A stretch of 63,058 bases of DNA, filler included, from Folioceros fuciformis (taxonomy: Eukaryota), in the NCBI GenBank assembly GCA_049999805.1. It is 7 parts of 7 records of this genome, joined end to end, with 100 filler letters (N's around TTAATTAATTAA, not from the genome) between each part and the next. Parts side by side here need not be neighbours in the genome. Positions count along the whole stretch, not along the records: positions 22,336 to 42,669 come from JBNGIO010006479.1; 6 more parts are not named here. One strand, given 5' to 3'. The notes below the pieces were generated by a model that ran no database searches, was not told where the DNA came from, and was given only the letters and a program-made list of their open reading frames with translations. Position numbers and translations under genes: made by a program. Positions 22,700 through 35,665 of the stretch are shown here, one piece after another. Within the stretch, counting starts at the first letter, position 1; each line of letters opens with the position of its first letter.

Positions 22700-24506
22700 T
22701 GTCCTATGACCACAACTCACGGAGATGTGGTGAATCAGCTTATACAACACTTCAACTTACTTTCGCTTGATGCTACTGGCTGCCATGGCTAGTACTCCCT
22801 CCACCGGCTTGATTCCCATCTTCACCGACCATATTAGAGAGAAAGACTAATTCAACAGCCAGCACTACCTTGTGTGGCACATTCGGATGAAGTTGATCCT
22901 TATTGGCCGAGGCGTTTGGAAGATCATCGACGGCACCCTTCCAAAGCCCAAACCTTCTGCCACTCCACCCCCGCCAGTCGTCGTCGTTGAGAGATGGGAC
23001 TATTCGAATGGGATAGCTTTGGCACTCCTTATCAGCGGCATGGATTCAAGTCTTGTGCCTAGTGTTGAATTTCTCTCAGATGCATCTGCCATCTGGGACC
23101 TGTTGTCTAACACCTACAATGTTAACAATGTTCTAACCTTGTATAGTATAACGTAGGAATTCAACTCCTTAAGGATCAAGGAGACAGATACGATCTCTGC
23201 TCACACCTTGAAGTTCAGACAGCTGCGAGGGCAGCTCGCCTCCCTTGGCTCAACCATGTCGGAGACCGATGTTGCTGCACAACTGCTAATGAGCTTACCA
23301 CCGTCTTACCAGGATTTTGTTACTAGCCTGATGTTGGTATCAACTCAGGGTAAGCCGGGTACCGCCCCCACCCTAACAATAGAGGACATTATTGGCGCTC
23401 TGTATCAGCAGGAGAAGAGTTGCCTTAGCTCTGCAGGAGGGTCCAAGCCTAAAGCAGGCAAGGTGCTTTCCACCCGCTTCAAGCCCAGGAGGAATTCGAA
23501 GGGCGAGGCGAACTTCACCCCTAAAGGTGACTCAACCTCTGCCCCTCCTCGCCGAGCTGGNNNNNNNNNNNNNNNNNNNNNNNNNNNNNNNNNNNNNNNN
23601 NNNNNNNNNNNNNNNNNNNNNNNNNNNNNNNNNNNNNNNNNNNNNNNNNNNNNNNNNNNNCGGAGAGCCGTAGAAGGCTAACTTGTGATAGGCAGCCAGT
23701 ATTGCAGTTAAGGGGAACGCTAGCATAATGGAGACAAAAACTGTAAAGATACTTACGGTTTGCCTCAACACCAAGTTGCATCAAGATGTGGGGTGGTATC
23801 TGGATAGTGGAGCCACCACCCACACATGCAACGATCGTACTCTATTCACAAGCTGGATACTCGTCCTCTCAAGGAAAGGGTGTTACTTGGTGACAAATAG
23901 AGTAGATTCAGCTTGCCAATCATGGGACAAGGCAATTGCGAATTTCCCCTCGAGGACAGTTTGGTGCTTACCTTGGAGCCTGTGCTCCTAGTCCCACAAA
24001 TGGGCAAGAACCTGGTCTCCATGACATAGCTGCTGAAGTAAGGCGATCTTAATATGCTTGCTTCAAGGAGGTCATGCTACCTTTTGAGGACCACAAATCC
24101 TGACTTGTGCCTCTTTAGTGCCGTGCCTCAAGACGGCATGTACAAGCTCTCATTAGCCTTTAGAGGGAGCGCATCAAAGAGGAGCGTCACGCTCCATGGG
24201 AGATAGCCTTCACCGCTGGTTAGGTTACGTTCAGCTTAAGAGCGAGTGTTACGGAATGGATAATCTGCCCGTAACCCTGCCGTCTACCTAGTTACCGTAG
24301 ACTGTAATTAATAGTATTTAATAATTACGAACGGGTGTGCCTCTTCGGAAGAGACACCTAGTGACACTATTTAAGACACACTTTGTATACACCTTTTAGA
24401 GACTAACACGAAATATCTCTCTGAGCATTGCATCTTGATCATGTTAGACTAGATGCAATCCTAATCATGCTAGATTAGAAGCAATCCTATTGCTAGGATT
24501 TTATCA
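22700..24506 (+). mobile_element. Internally deleted copia C2: degenerate gag-protease joined to PPT and 3' LTR
   Basis: C1-like gag (TIEDIIGALYQQE, VKILTVCL, WYLDSGAT). PPT TTAAGAGCGAG is followed by LTR TGTTAC...TTATCA at 24247-24506. Confidence 0.75.
24247..24506 (+). repeat. LTR (260 bp, TG...CA) rich in inverted repeats
   Basis: Follows a PPT. An RNase H frame resumes right after the CA. Confidence 0.72.
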
Positions 24507-24933
24507 CTCCACATATTGCTATCTACTGTGCTCAACAGCCGTTACATGGAGCTGTAAAAAACAAGTATCTGTCGCTCTTAGTTCCTCTGAGGCTGAGTAT
24601 AAATCTTTAACAGAAGCAGTAAAAGAGGCCGAGTGGGAACGCAGCTTCCTCCAAGATTTGGGACATCCGCACGAGAAGCCCACTCTTGTGCTCTGTGACA
24701 ACACTGCAGCCCTTGAGTTAGTAGGGAGCTCAAAATTTCATGCTCGTACAAAACATATTGAAGTGCAACATCACTACATACGAGATGTAGTTCATAGAGG
24801 TGTTCTCAAATTGGAATACATACAGACAGATGAAAACACTACTGATATCCTCACGAAAGGTTTGACTAAACACAAACACTACTATCATATGGAGGGCATC
24901 GGACTGAGGGACTACTCTGCTTATTTTGAGTGA
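24507..24933 (+). pseudogene. RNase H 3' end of copia element C3
   Basis: WSCKKQ, SSEAEYKSL, LCDN, HARTKHIE; very similar to C1. Confidence 0.9.
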
Positions 24934-25000
24934 CAGCCAAAAACACAAGATCAGATGGATGAAGCGTGAGGGATATACCCAATCATCTATATACCTGTCT

Positions 25001-25508
25001 TTAGTCGTCAAAGTCCAACCCCTTGAACTTGTTAAGTATTCTGATGGTGCCCTCTAGCTGATTGACAAGGCCCTGTCTTCTTTCCTCAGTTTGCTCATGA
25101 GTTGGAGGTTCGGAGATGTGGGTGTCCCTATCTCTAACTCTGCCAATCAGCAAAGACACATTCAATTCCACATGGTAGTTCCCTAGGTGCACATGCTGGC
25201 CGACCACGTGCTTGTTGTCCCATTTCCAGCCTTTGATCGCCTCCTCTTTACTCAGGGGCGTAACCTCTGATGAGGAAGACGACCCTGTCCTCATTGCTGA
25301 TGGAGACTGCGAGTCAGTAGGATGGTTGCCAGTAGCTTCACTCCTTCTCTGCCTTCTTGCATAAGGTATTTGGACCTCCCTGTTGCTTCTCCTCCTCATG
25401 ATCAATCAGAAAATAAAGATACAAGAGCCTGAAGATGAAAAGCACGAGTTGCGATATGCCGACGAGGACTGCGAGGAGGAGCTCCATTCTTGTAGTTGCA
25501 GCCTTCAT
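25001..25508 (-). pseudogene. Antisense gene of C3, homolog of 11774-12223, frameshifted after the TM segment
   Basis: MELLLAVLVGISQLVLFIFRLLYLYFLI in one frame, then ORF 25001-25405 with GQHVHLGNYHVELNVSL and GLVNQLEGTIRIL. Confidence 0.62.
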
Positions 25509-25671
25509 TGCAGAGCAGAATCTGGATCGTCAGCTCCAACCACCGAGTTGCCTCCAAGCGTGTGGGGAGATGTGATTGTTCCTCGTGGTTCCTGTCCGTC
25601 ACCTTCTCATAAGGAGCCTTTATTCCAGGGTTCGAGTCTTAAAAATCAACTGTGGTTAGTTTAAGAGGGGG

Positions 25672-25933
25672 TGTTAGGATGGAAGTTAAACCTAACGCAC
25701 AGTTTATTATGATTAGGTTACCTTGACCTAGGGTTGTCTAGTCAAAAGACACATGGACAGTATTTAAACGTTTTTGACATTGAGATTGTTATTCTTTAAT
25801 TCTAATGAAAGTTGTATGTATGCTCTCGCCTACGCTCGTTTTACTCACACGCCCTAGTCGAAGTCCTCTCTAGAGTTTTCTTCTATAATGATCCTTCCCT
25901 TTTAGACCTATAAGCAGTTCAGCTTCTTTCACA
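25672..25933 (+). repeat. 3' LTR of C3 (3' end uncertain)
   Basis: PPT TTAAGAGGGGG at 25661-25671 followed by TGTTAG. Confidence 0.6.
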
Positions 25934-26649
25934 AGCCCTAAGACTTGGTTAATGGCTACCACAATAGACTTTGGCCTTGCCACTTCTACTTCAATCTAAA
26001 ATCAAAGAGCAAATCAAACATTAAAAATTAATAATAACAATAATCATAACAACTTCGGTCAACTGTACATGAGAGAGAGAGACTTCAAATAGTCCCAATT
26101 TATTATTTCCATATTGTACGACCAACCTTACTAGGGCATTGGAGGTTTGCTTCGTCCTAATAATTGCTGTTAATCCCAGTAGGATGTTGTTTTAATAGCA
26201 ACATGCCAAGGCACTAAGCCTCCAACTACCCTTAGCCAAAAAGGTAGATAAGATATATTACCTTTTGTTAAATGTGTACGAAGTTCAACCATCACGTTCT
26301 CTTTTGCTTGGTGTTTAAGGAGTTTGGCCACAAGGTTTCCTTATGCCATGTTTGTAAGAAGCTAAACCACACTGTTAGTGATCCAATGGTCCATGGTGCT
26401 CCAATGTCATGTGCGTTGTTCCACCATGGTCACCAGTGAATGTTTTGAAACCTACAACAGATAATGAACAAGATGTTCATTATCACAAGATATCAACAGA
26501 TAATGAACATATATGAATGCCAAGATGTTCATTATTGTCACATCTACACCTATTTTGTAATTAGAGGCAACGTTTCAAAAGTGTCTTTCTGTAAGAAGGA
26601 TTTATTTTTAAAGCGACGAGTACATTGATCTCAGTGTCCATTTGGGGTG

Positions 26650-27245
26650 AAAGTGGAATATTCCATCTGGAATGCTATGAGACTGGGTATGCCGGGCACG
26701 GGCTTGCTCGAACATGAAGCGCTAGTTGTGTGTGGACAATTGGAGCCAAAGGACCTCATTTTTGCTGACCATGTTACTTTGCTATGCTTAAAAAAGGCTG
26801 GTGCACAGCATTGGTGCCTTTCAGAAGAGCATGGAGGTGCACACGATGATTGCCCAAATACTAACTGTAGGGTATCAAAGGTGGGCAGCTGCCCGCGGAT
26901 ATGTATGCCCAAGCAAAATGTTGCAAGCTGAAGGATGCATGCCAGTTTTTTCACATCATGGCCACAAATGATGTGGTGACATGGAATGTCGTGATAGCGG
27001 GTTATGCAAAATGTGATGATTTGAGAGAGGCACGTCAAGTTTTTGACAGCATGAACTCGAAGAATGAGGTGACATGGAATGCCTGATAGCTGGGTACGCT
27101 TGGTACATTGGACAAGGGCTCGGACATGAGTACCTTGTCTTGAAGGGGAGGGCTGATTCTAGATGCTCATGCCTTTTCACTTGCCTCCTGAAGGCTAGTG
27201 CAAGTACTGGGGCCTTAAAGAAGGATAGGCAGCTGCACGCTATGT
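26650..27245 (+). pseudogene. PLS-class pentatricopeptide repeat protein fragment
   Basis: MYA..C.LKDA.QFF..M..NDVVTWNVVIAGYAK, EARQVFDSM..KNEVTWNA*IAGYA, SIWNAM; stops and frameshifts. Confidence 0.85.
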
Positions 27246-27829
27246 TTTTAACACCAACCATGCTGTCAGCAACTAGGTGCAAGCACACCATGATCTCACC
27301 TTGAAGCCCCAAGCTGGGCGTCCAATCTGTGCATGAAGCTGGGCGACCCAGCATGCGAATACGTAAGTGGCACACAAATATCTGATTCATTATCAGAGAA
27401 AGTCCATATCACCACATGTGGTCGAGGAAGCCTGCCACGGCAATCTCGCTTTGAGCGTTCTTCCTTCTTTCAGGCTGTCACACTTTTCATATACTAGTAG
27501 CCAATACTGTTGCCATGGACAGTAGACGAGACGAGGAAAGGAGGAAGAAGAGTTCGTACATATTTGGTGGGTGTTGAATTAATGCTGTGCGTGAAGATAA
27601 ATAGGAAGTCTGGGATTCCAAAGCAAATGGAATCTAGGCTGAATCTCTCATTCAGCGTCAAGCACTTTCCACAGCGGGGAAAATACCTACTTCGATCCTC
27701 GCTGTTTCAATCCAGAGGGGCAAGGAAGAAAACAGAGTACGTGTGCCTGTCGAGGTTCCCTGGCCCTCTTCACCTGTAATTGGATTGAGAATCGAAGGGT
27801 GCTAATCCCTCGAGCCGTGCTAGCAACAA

Positions 27830-27989
27830 TGATAATAAGTAAAAGCTTGTTGTAAACATTGAATGAATTAATTAAATACAAAAATGTGTATGTTTAAATT
27901 CTTACGGAAGTGCCTGTTCACTTTAATCTAACTAGCAGTAGGTTATAACAGGTTAATCTGTGTTAGGATATCTATTATAACCCTTAGCA
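27830..27989 (-). repeat. 3' LTR of element F
   Basis: TG...CA termini; direct repeat of 34765-34923. Confidence 0.88.
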
Positions 27990-28168
27990 CTCCCACTTAG
28001 CCGTAGACACAAATTAATGATTAGCAAACATTAAAACTCGCTATGCTTGGGCTACACGGGTTTCTCCACGACTGAACGGATCGGGCAGTGATCACTCCCA
28101 CTCTTCAAGAGTTGCACCTACTCTTCTGATTGTCATTCCTGACTCGTGTGGCTTCAAGGCCGTGAGCG

Positions 28169-28651
28169 ATGGAGCCATTTATGATTGTCTTTATATGCGT
28201 GCTCACCACTCTTCTAACACGCAGAGTTGAAGTGGCGCTGATCAACAAGATGGCGCCGACCAGGAATCGCGTTTTGCCTTGCCAAGAGCAACCTCCTGTG
28301 CACCAACCTAGAATAGGCCATCCAAGCTCAAGTCTGATGAAGACCGAAGATATTGGAGAGTCCTCGCTTCCAGATTCATAGCGACGACCGACTCTGGCTG
28401 ACAAGAACATGTTTAGTCACCTACACACTGTTCTGAAGAAGTGCGATGAGTTGGGAGAGGCCCTACAGGAATCAAGCTGCAAACTGTATGAGTTGTAAGA
28501 GTTGATATCTCCGAGGCCTGATCCTAAGGACCTTAACCATCCTGTGACAGAGATCGAGTGTCAGCACTTGGTGAAGGAGCTAGTCCTGATGGGTTACGTT
28601 GAAGAGGTTGACGGTGGAAAACCTTACAGCCCCACTCACATTTACTGGTAA
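28169..28651 (+). pseudogene. Antisense ORF of element F (hydrophobic N-terminus, two internal stops, ends on a GTAAGT donor)
   Basis: MEPFMIVFICVLTTLL. The frame continues through a TAG and a TAA to ...SPTHIYW, with donor TG|GTAAGT at 28648. Confidence 0.55.
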
Positions 28652-28853
28652 GTGATGGAGACTGCTACCATACAGTTTGCTGCAAAGAGTTTACGCTTCG
28701 TACTTTGACTTGTAGGCTTCATCCACTAAACTATTGCTACCTGAATTGCTTGTATCAGGAAGGACAACAATGGGAAGATATTTAAGCAATCAGGCTGGGC
28801 GTCTGGACCTCCTTAACCAATCGACAAAAAATACATCAAGTCCTTGGGTTTCT

Positions 28854-31800
28854 TCATCCTTCCTGCAGGGCAAGTAACGGCCTCAAGTTGTAGAAGAGGG
28901 AGTAGGCATAACAAAATCCTTCAGCCCAAGGGCTCAGCCCAAGGGCTGCCACATGTCTGTAGTGCTTTGTCTTAACAAGCCCCTTAGTCAAAACATCAGC
29001 AGTGTTTCTATCTGTATGTATGTGCTCAACTTTCACAACTCCTCTTTCTACTGCATCTCATATAAAATGATGATACAACTCTATATGTTTTGTACGTGCA
29101 TGAAATCTCAGATTTGAGACCAAGGCAATGGCACTCATATTATTGCAGAAGAGCTGGGTTGGTTCCTTCTAAGGTAAGTGAATATCATCCAGGAATTGCC
29201 TCTCCCACTTTGCTTCCTTACAAGCATCTGTTAAGGCTTTATACTCAGCTTCAGTACTTGACAGCGCTAACAATGCTTGCTTTTTATAGGACCAATTTAT
29301 AGATCCTGATGCTAGTTGAAACACATAGGCTGAAAGGCTCCGTCTGGTATCGGCATCTAAAGCCCAGTCGGCATCAGCCCAAGAGGTTAGTACCATTTGT
29401 TTATGTCCACTGGCTGTATAATGCAAGCCAAGATGAATTGTACCCTTAAGATATCGATAAATCCTCTTAACAGCAGCCCAATGAGCTCTACCTGGGCATT
29501 TGAAAAATTGACTAACAATACTCATTGCATAGGAGATATCGGGGTGAGTCCAATTGGCAATGAAGATAAGACAACCCACAGCCTCAGCATAAGGTACAGC
29601 TTGCATGTCAGCAAGATCTGTAGCATTTGTTGGGGACATGTCTGCTGTTAGCTTTACTCCCACTGCTGAGGGAGTGGATACAAGATGAGCAGCATCAAGG
29701 CCAAAACGTTTTAAAATCTCCTTGAAATATTTGGTTTGATGTAATATAATTGCTCCAACAGGCCTATCCCGTAGAATCTGAATTCCAAAGCAAAACTGTA
29801 ATTCTCCTTGGTCTGTCATTTCAAACTCTGCTCGAAGCAAGGCCTTTGCCTTATCTAACATTGAGGTATCGTTACTCAACAAGATGGTATCGTCGACATA
29901 AAAAGCAAGAATAATGAAGACGGCCCCTTTTGCAAAAGAAAACACATTGGAGTTTGCCCACATTGCACAAAGCCCTTTTGCTTAAGGTACTTCATAATTT
30001 GTTTATACTAAGCCCTCAGGCTCTGTTTCAATCCGTAGAGAGTTTTCATGAGCTTACATACTCGCTGAGGCCACTAGGTACACCCTAACAAAGCCCTCTG
30101 GCTGCTCCATGTACAGGACCTCCTCCAGCTCACCATGGAGAAACGATGTACAAACATCCATTTGATGAGCCTCAAGGTCAAACTCTGCAGCCATAGCAAG
30201 TAGAATCCAAATAGATGGTGGTTTAACGACAAGGGAAAACGTCTCCCTATAATCCACTCTAGGGATTTGGCTAAACCCTCTTGCAACCAGTCGAGACTTA
30301 TAGCGAGCAATTATGCCATCAGACTTTAGCTTTGTTTTAAACACCCACTTATAGGTGATGGGTTTACGACCAGAAGGTAAGTCCACCAATTCCCATGTAT
30401 TGTTCTTAATAAAGCTATTGTACTCCTCATTTATACTAATCCTCCAATGGTCACCATCAGGGCCATTGAGGGCTTCACTGTACGTCTGAGGATCAGGCCT
30501 CACTTTTGGAACAGATAAATCTGCCACATATGCTGATTTTCAAAAATCAACAGACTCATACGGCACTTCTGTCCATTTTGACCTTGGCCTCTATTATCTA
30601 ACAAGATAACGTGGAGAGGGAGGTTCAGCAGGAAAGTTAGCTCCCACTGAATCTGTTGGGTCTGATATATCATCTTTACCATCATCAGAACCGTCAGACT
30701 GTGAGCCATCACCAATTTGAGTCAAGGCCTTCATTAGAGCCGACAGGTTGATGAGAATCAGTATCCTCATCAACCTGAACATCGGAAGTTGCCTCTTCAC
30801 CATCCAAATCAGGATACTCATTTGGTAAAGGTGGTTGAATAGCGGGCAATCCAGTATCAAGTGAAGCAGATACTGGAGCATCACCAGAATAGTCAAGGAT
30901 AACCTCATTATCTGAATCATCATGTTCAACAGAGGTAACATCTCCCTCAAGTACTTCATTTGAAGGATCTGATCTAGGCGAGGTGAGTTCACAAAACGTG
31001 ACACTTCTTGCGAGCACCACCTTATGAGTTTTAGGATTAATCAACTTATAGGCCTTACTCTCCTTAGAGTAACCTAAGAACAAGTAAGGAACTACCCTGT
31101 CATCTAACTTCTTCCTTCTTTCTGCAGGAACATATACAAAGGCAGATGATCCAAATACTCTTAAGTGATTTATACTGGGCTTACGTCCCCAGAACACTTC
31201 ATAAGGAGTCCGTCCTCGAACAGCGGATGTAAGTAGCCTGTTCAATATATATGTTGTAGTAGTAATGGCTTCAACCCAATACTTCTTAGGTAATCCCGCA
31301 TAAGATAGCATACTCTGAGTCATGCCCATAAGTGTCTGGTTCTTACGTTCAGCAACACCGTTTAGCTGTTGTGTGTAAGGTGCAGCCAGTTGGCGAATGA
31401 TGCCACACTTTTAAACAGCTCATCATATTTGTAGCCAACAAACTCACCTCCATTGTCTGTTCTTAGGCATTTTACCAGGTAGCTGGTTTGGCGTTGAACC
31501 ATGACAATCCAGGATGAAATTTGATCAAAAGCGTCACTTTTGTGTTGCAATGGGTAAGTCCAAGTGTATCTTGAATAATCATTAATGATTGTTAGATAGT
31601 ACTTAGCACCTCCTAATGACTTAATTTGTAGTTTCCCAGCTATGTCAGCATGTACCAACTCTAACAAGGATGTTGCCCTTGCGGCATTCCTATTTTTGAA
31701 GGGTAGTTCTTTCTGTTTGGACAGGAACTACAAAAAGGAAGTGATTTGAAGCATGACGGCAACTTCTCTCTATAACAATCTAACGCTGACATAAGGTCAA

Positions 31801-33214
31801 GTTTGGTTTTATTTACATGACCTAATCTAGCATGCCACAAACTTAGCCTGATTCATAGAAGTGACTGCATAAGCTCATTCGAACCTCTTGGATGTAGTGA
31901 ACAGCTATTACAAGTCACCAACTACTGCAACTTCTGCTACATGATGGTCTGAATCATCTAAATTGTAAATGTAACAGTGGTTAGCTTCAAAATGGAAACC
32001 ATACAACTGACTACTTGTAATTGCTCGGATGGAGATCAAGTTCTTTGACATGGAGGGCACATAGAGGACATCTTCCAACTGAAGTGTCCCTCCACTCATT
32101 AAAGGTGTCACCACCCGTCCAGTACCTTTAACTGCAACTCCTCGAGCATCTCCCACATAAACTAACTGTGGTGAGGTTGTGTTCTAGAAAGTCGTGAATA
32201 ACTGCCGGTTGTTGCAAACATGTGCAGAGGCACCTGAGTCAATAAACCACAGTGATGGAAGCTCATGTGTAGCAGTGAAGCACACAGTTAAGGCTATTGC
32301 AGCACTCCTATGTGAAGGTAACTTTGAGTCCTTCACAGCAACATGAGCTTGTGATACTTTCACGTCCTTCTTTGGATCACCAGCTTGCTTCTTTTGACAA
32401 TCGCGCTCCCAATGTCCATGAATGCCACACCAGTGGCAAGTGCCAACTCGTTTGGTAGTCGAGGATGAAATGAAGGTAGGTTTCGTTCCTCCTTTATCTG
32501 GCCCCTTCCCAAACATTTTGCCCTTGGCTGCCAACAGCACTTTTTCACCTCGATTTCTAGAACTGGATCCAGACCTATGATGGCTTTGCTTCTCTTGAAG
32601 GAGTGCACCTATCACATTGTTGAGGTTGATAGTCGCTGGTTGACCAGCAGCAACAACAATATACGAAGACTGAAGAGCAGCATTCTATCCAGAAATGAAG
32701 GTTTGATAGGTGGGAGGCAAACTACCAAGCAACTGAGCAATAGCATCCACTTCGGACATTGTGTTGCCGAGCGTAGCAAGCTGTGACCCCCTCAGGTACC
32801 GAAACTTGGTTATATGTGCTCCCAAACTATCCCCTTCCTTCAAATGCATGCGATAGAATTGATTACGAACAGAGACCAACGTCAATATATTTTGAACCTG
32901 GTGAGTGTTTTTAAGTTGCTCCCACATAGCAGAAGCTGTAGGCAAGATTTCAACTTTTGTGACTGTAGTTTCTCCAAGGCCTAAAAGTATGATAGCTATG
33001 GCCACCTTGTTCCCTTTGACAAACTTGTCTTTAACATCTTGGGGATCAGTTAGTGCAGGAACAGGAATCGAGCCATTGGCATACTCCCACACATCACAAG
33101 CATCTAGGAATGCCTTCATCCTAGCTCGCCAGCTTTCATACTTGGTATGTGTACCATCGAAATGTCTTTTTCCTTGAATTCGCCTCCGAAAGATGCAGTT
33201 TGTACTGTAGTCAT
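28854..33214 (-). pseudogene. Degenerate gag-pol of element F
   Basis: CHWCGIHGHWERDC, FIDSGAS, HADIAG, TDNGGEF, YVDD, DADWAL in fragmented ORFs. Confidence 0.92.
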
Positions 33215-34764
33215 TTGTGCAATAACAACAGGGAGAACAGGTGCGGGAGGAGCAACGATAGAGGAAAATTGAGAAGTTAGAGATTGCAAAAATGACGCCT
33301 CTATTTTTGGGTATGTGTCAGGATCACTATTTGTCTCTTCAAAGAGAAGTGAGAGACCTGATATACAGAAAATATCTATGCATTCATGCAGAGAATACGT
33401 AGACGCATAAAATGTTTGCAGGCTATAAACTAATAAAAAAACAAATCAGAATTGAAACACCACCACGAAATGACATGGAGATTCGAAACCTTAAGTAAGT
33501 GAGCCCTATAAACACCAAACGTGCCCTAACTTACAAGTTTAAAGATATGACCAGTTGTATGTTCATGACAGGTGTACACAATCTATGAGCAATGTGCCTA
33601 CGTGTACATGACAACCAACTGTCAGTCATGCGCAAGGCGCCTGTTGGTGGCTGGCTGCAGACAGCGCCTGGAGTGGTGAGCTCTGTCCACCTCCAGCTGC
33701 AGCACGCCTCTCACCAATCTAATCAAGCAGCCTTTGTAGCATCACGCTCACGAATCGGAAGCAACAACGTTAGTAAGTAAAGGGCAGCTTGAGAATCCAT
33801 CACCGAGAGTCTTGGATCTGAAACTCTGAGAAAACGCGCTATTCTCTAAATAGTCACAGTTTGCACTTGAGAAGTCTCAGATTGCAAACGCAGATCCTCC
33901 GTGAGAGGGGCAATTGTTAAACAAGTAAATATTAGTTGTTAGTACATTACCTATACTCTTAGGGTTGTACCTTAGGTAGTTAGGTTTATCATAGCAGTTA
34001 CAACTGCTAGTGCCTAAGGGCATATGTATAGTGAACCTTGTCCTTAAATAACTAACTCTTTTGTGTGCATGCTTATGGACCAATTCATGCAGTACAATGT
34101 TTTCAGCAATAATTTGAATTGCTGAATCATTTTAAAGGGTGAGGTCTGATCTTGTTCTGAACAACAAAAGCTAAGTGTCTCGAATGGAACCATCCCTTGT
34201 TGAACGAGTCACTTTCAGGATCAAATCTTCATCTTCACAGGGTGACAACACTCTCGATGGTCGTCTTGCTAATCTTCGTCTTGAGCTTGGATGCAAATTT
34301 GCACAACAGATGCAGGAACGCTAATTCCTTTGTTCACCACAAGATATCTCTAATTTTGAGATACTATAGGGATGAACTCCTTGCGTGAGATCTGTCTAAA
34401 GATTCTCCTTGAAGAATCCTCAAGGTATCTGTTTGTAGTAGAGGACAATTCAGATTTAAACTCCCCTACGTACGGAACATGAGGCCTATTTTTTAGACCT
34501 ACGCGTCATCCTTGCTGCTCAGATGGGACCAACATAGTCTATTATGTAAAATGATCCCTCCATAGCTGGACTCATCAAATGCTATCTAGTGGACATTCCA
34601 ACATTGCTCAACATGCATAAATGAATGCACACTAAACTATGTTAAAAGACACCCTGTCTCATCTAGAGTACAGCATTTGCTCTGTTTTATAAAGTAGCCT
34701 AAATCTAGCCTAAATCTATGTACATATGAGCAGCATGGATCAAAGAGCCTGGGCTCTGATACCA

Positions 34765-34923
34765 GGATAATAAGCGGAAGCTTGTTGTAAACATTGGACG
34801 AATTAATTAAATGCAAAATTTTATATGTTTAAATACTTACTAAAGTTTTTGTTCACTTTAACCTAACTAACAGTAGGTTATAACAGGTTAATCTGTGTTA
34901 GATATCTATTATAACCCTTAATA
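34765..34923 (-). repeat. 5' LTR of element F
   Basis: Adjacent to the PBS; homologous to 27830-27989. Confidence 0.85.
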
Positions 34924-35272
34924 GATAGTCTCCTTGGAATTTATGTACATGGAATCGATGTGAATTGGTGGGGATCTGGAGTTGGTGGGTTCCGGAGTTG
35001 GTGTCTCTAGAGTCGGTCTCCATTCGTGGGATTCTGCGGTTGGTGTGTAAAATGTGTCTGAATTCGTGGGATTCTGATGTGGGTATTGTGAATTGGTGGG
35101 CTGGTGTTGAATTGTTGGGTTGTTGAATTGGCCTCAGTTCGTAGGATTCCGAAGTTGCGTTGAACTTGTGATGGAATGGGGAACGGGTCTTCCTGCATGC
35201 AAGACTGCCCACAACAGAATGGATTGGGGAGAAGGTGGTAGGACATGCAGCATGAAGGAGCAACACAGCAAA

Positions 35273-35665
35273 ATGGGCAGACAGGAAGGTGGGCTCCCAC
35301 AACACAAGGGTTCCAAGCCAAGAGCCAGGGGAGGCAGCAGAGAGAGGTGCTGGTGGTATGGAATTATGGCCATGACGTGATCCAGCTCCCGCCGCTTCAT
35401 CGATTTGGAGGAGGTTAGGCAGCGCACCTGCGTGACCGTGACGCAGGGTTGGGCTCAAGTCCCTTGTGCCGCCCTTCACTGCGAGGAGGTGGATCCGACC
35501 GGGGCCGGGGATTCCTTCCTGGCGGGATTCTGCACCGGGTTGCAGCACGGGCTGGAGGTGGGGAAGGTTGTGTTGATGGGGAAGTACTTCGGGCCTCTGG
35601 CCATGGCGCAGGTCGGGGTGCCCTCCTTCTCGACGCTGCAGCTGCAGATGCAGCTTCAGGCAAGT
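35273..35665 (+). pseudogene. MIK: pfkB-family myo-inositol kinase-like fragment with a large internal deletion
   Basis: pfkB signature VDPTGAGDSFLAG, with RFIDLEEVRQRTCVTVTQG before it. N-terminal VLVVWNYGHDV resembles the L.VGNYCHDV of plant inositol 3-kinase. Confidence 0.72.

Larger units (their letters stand above)
27830..34923 (-). mobile_element. Old full-length copia element F with both LTRs
   Basis: LTRs 27830-27989 and 34765-34923 (about 20 mismatches in 160 bp by eye). PBS 34752-34764, PPT CTAAGTGGGAG 27990-28000. Confidence 0.88.

Noticed and set aside
27825-27829. TSD for element F (AACAA vs GATAG at 34924-34928)
   Set aside because: Three of five bases differ, so it cannot be supported.
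34898-35548. 216-aa minus-strand ORF
   Set aside because: Antisense shadow of the GC-rich kinase fragment plus low-complexity GAATTGGTGGG-like repeats.
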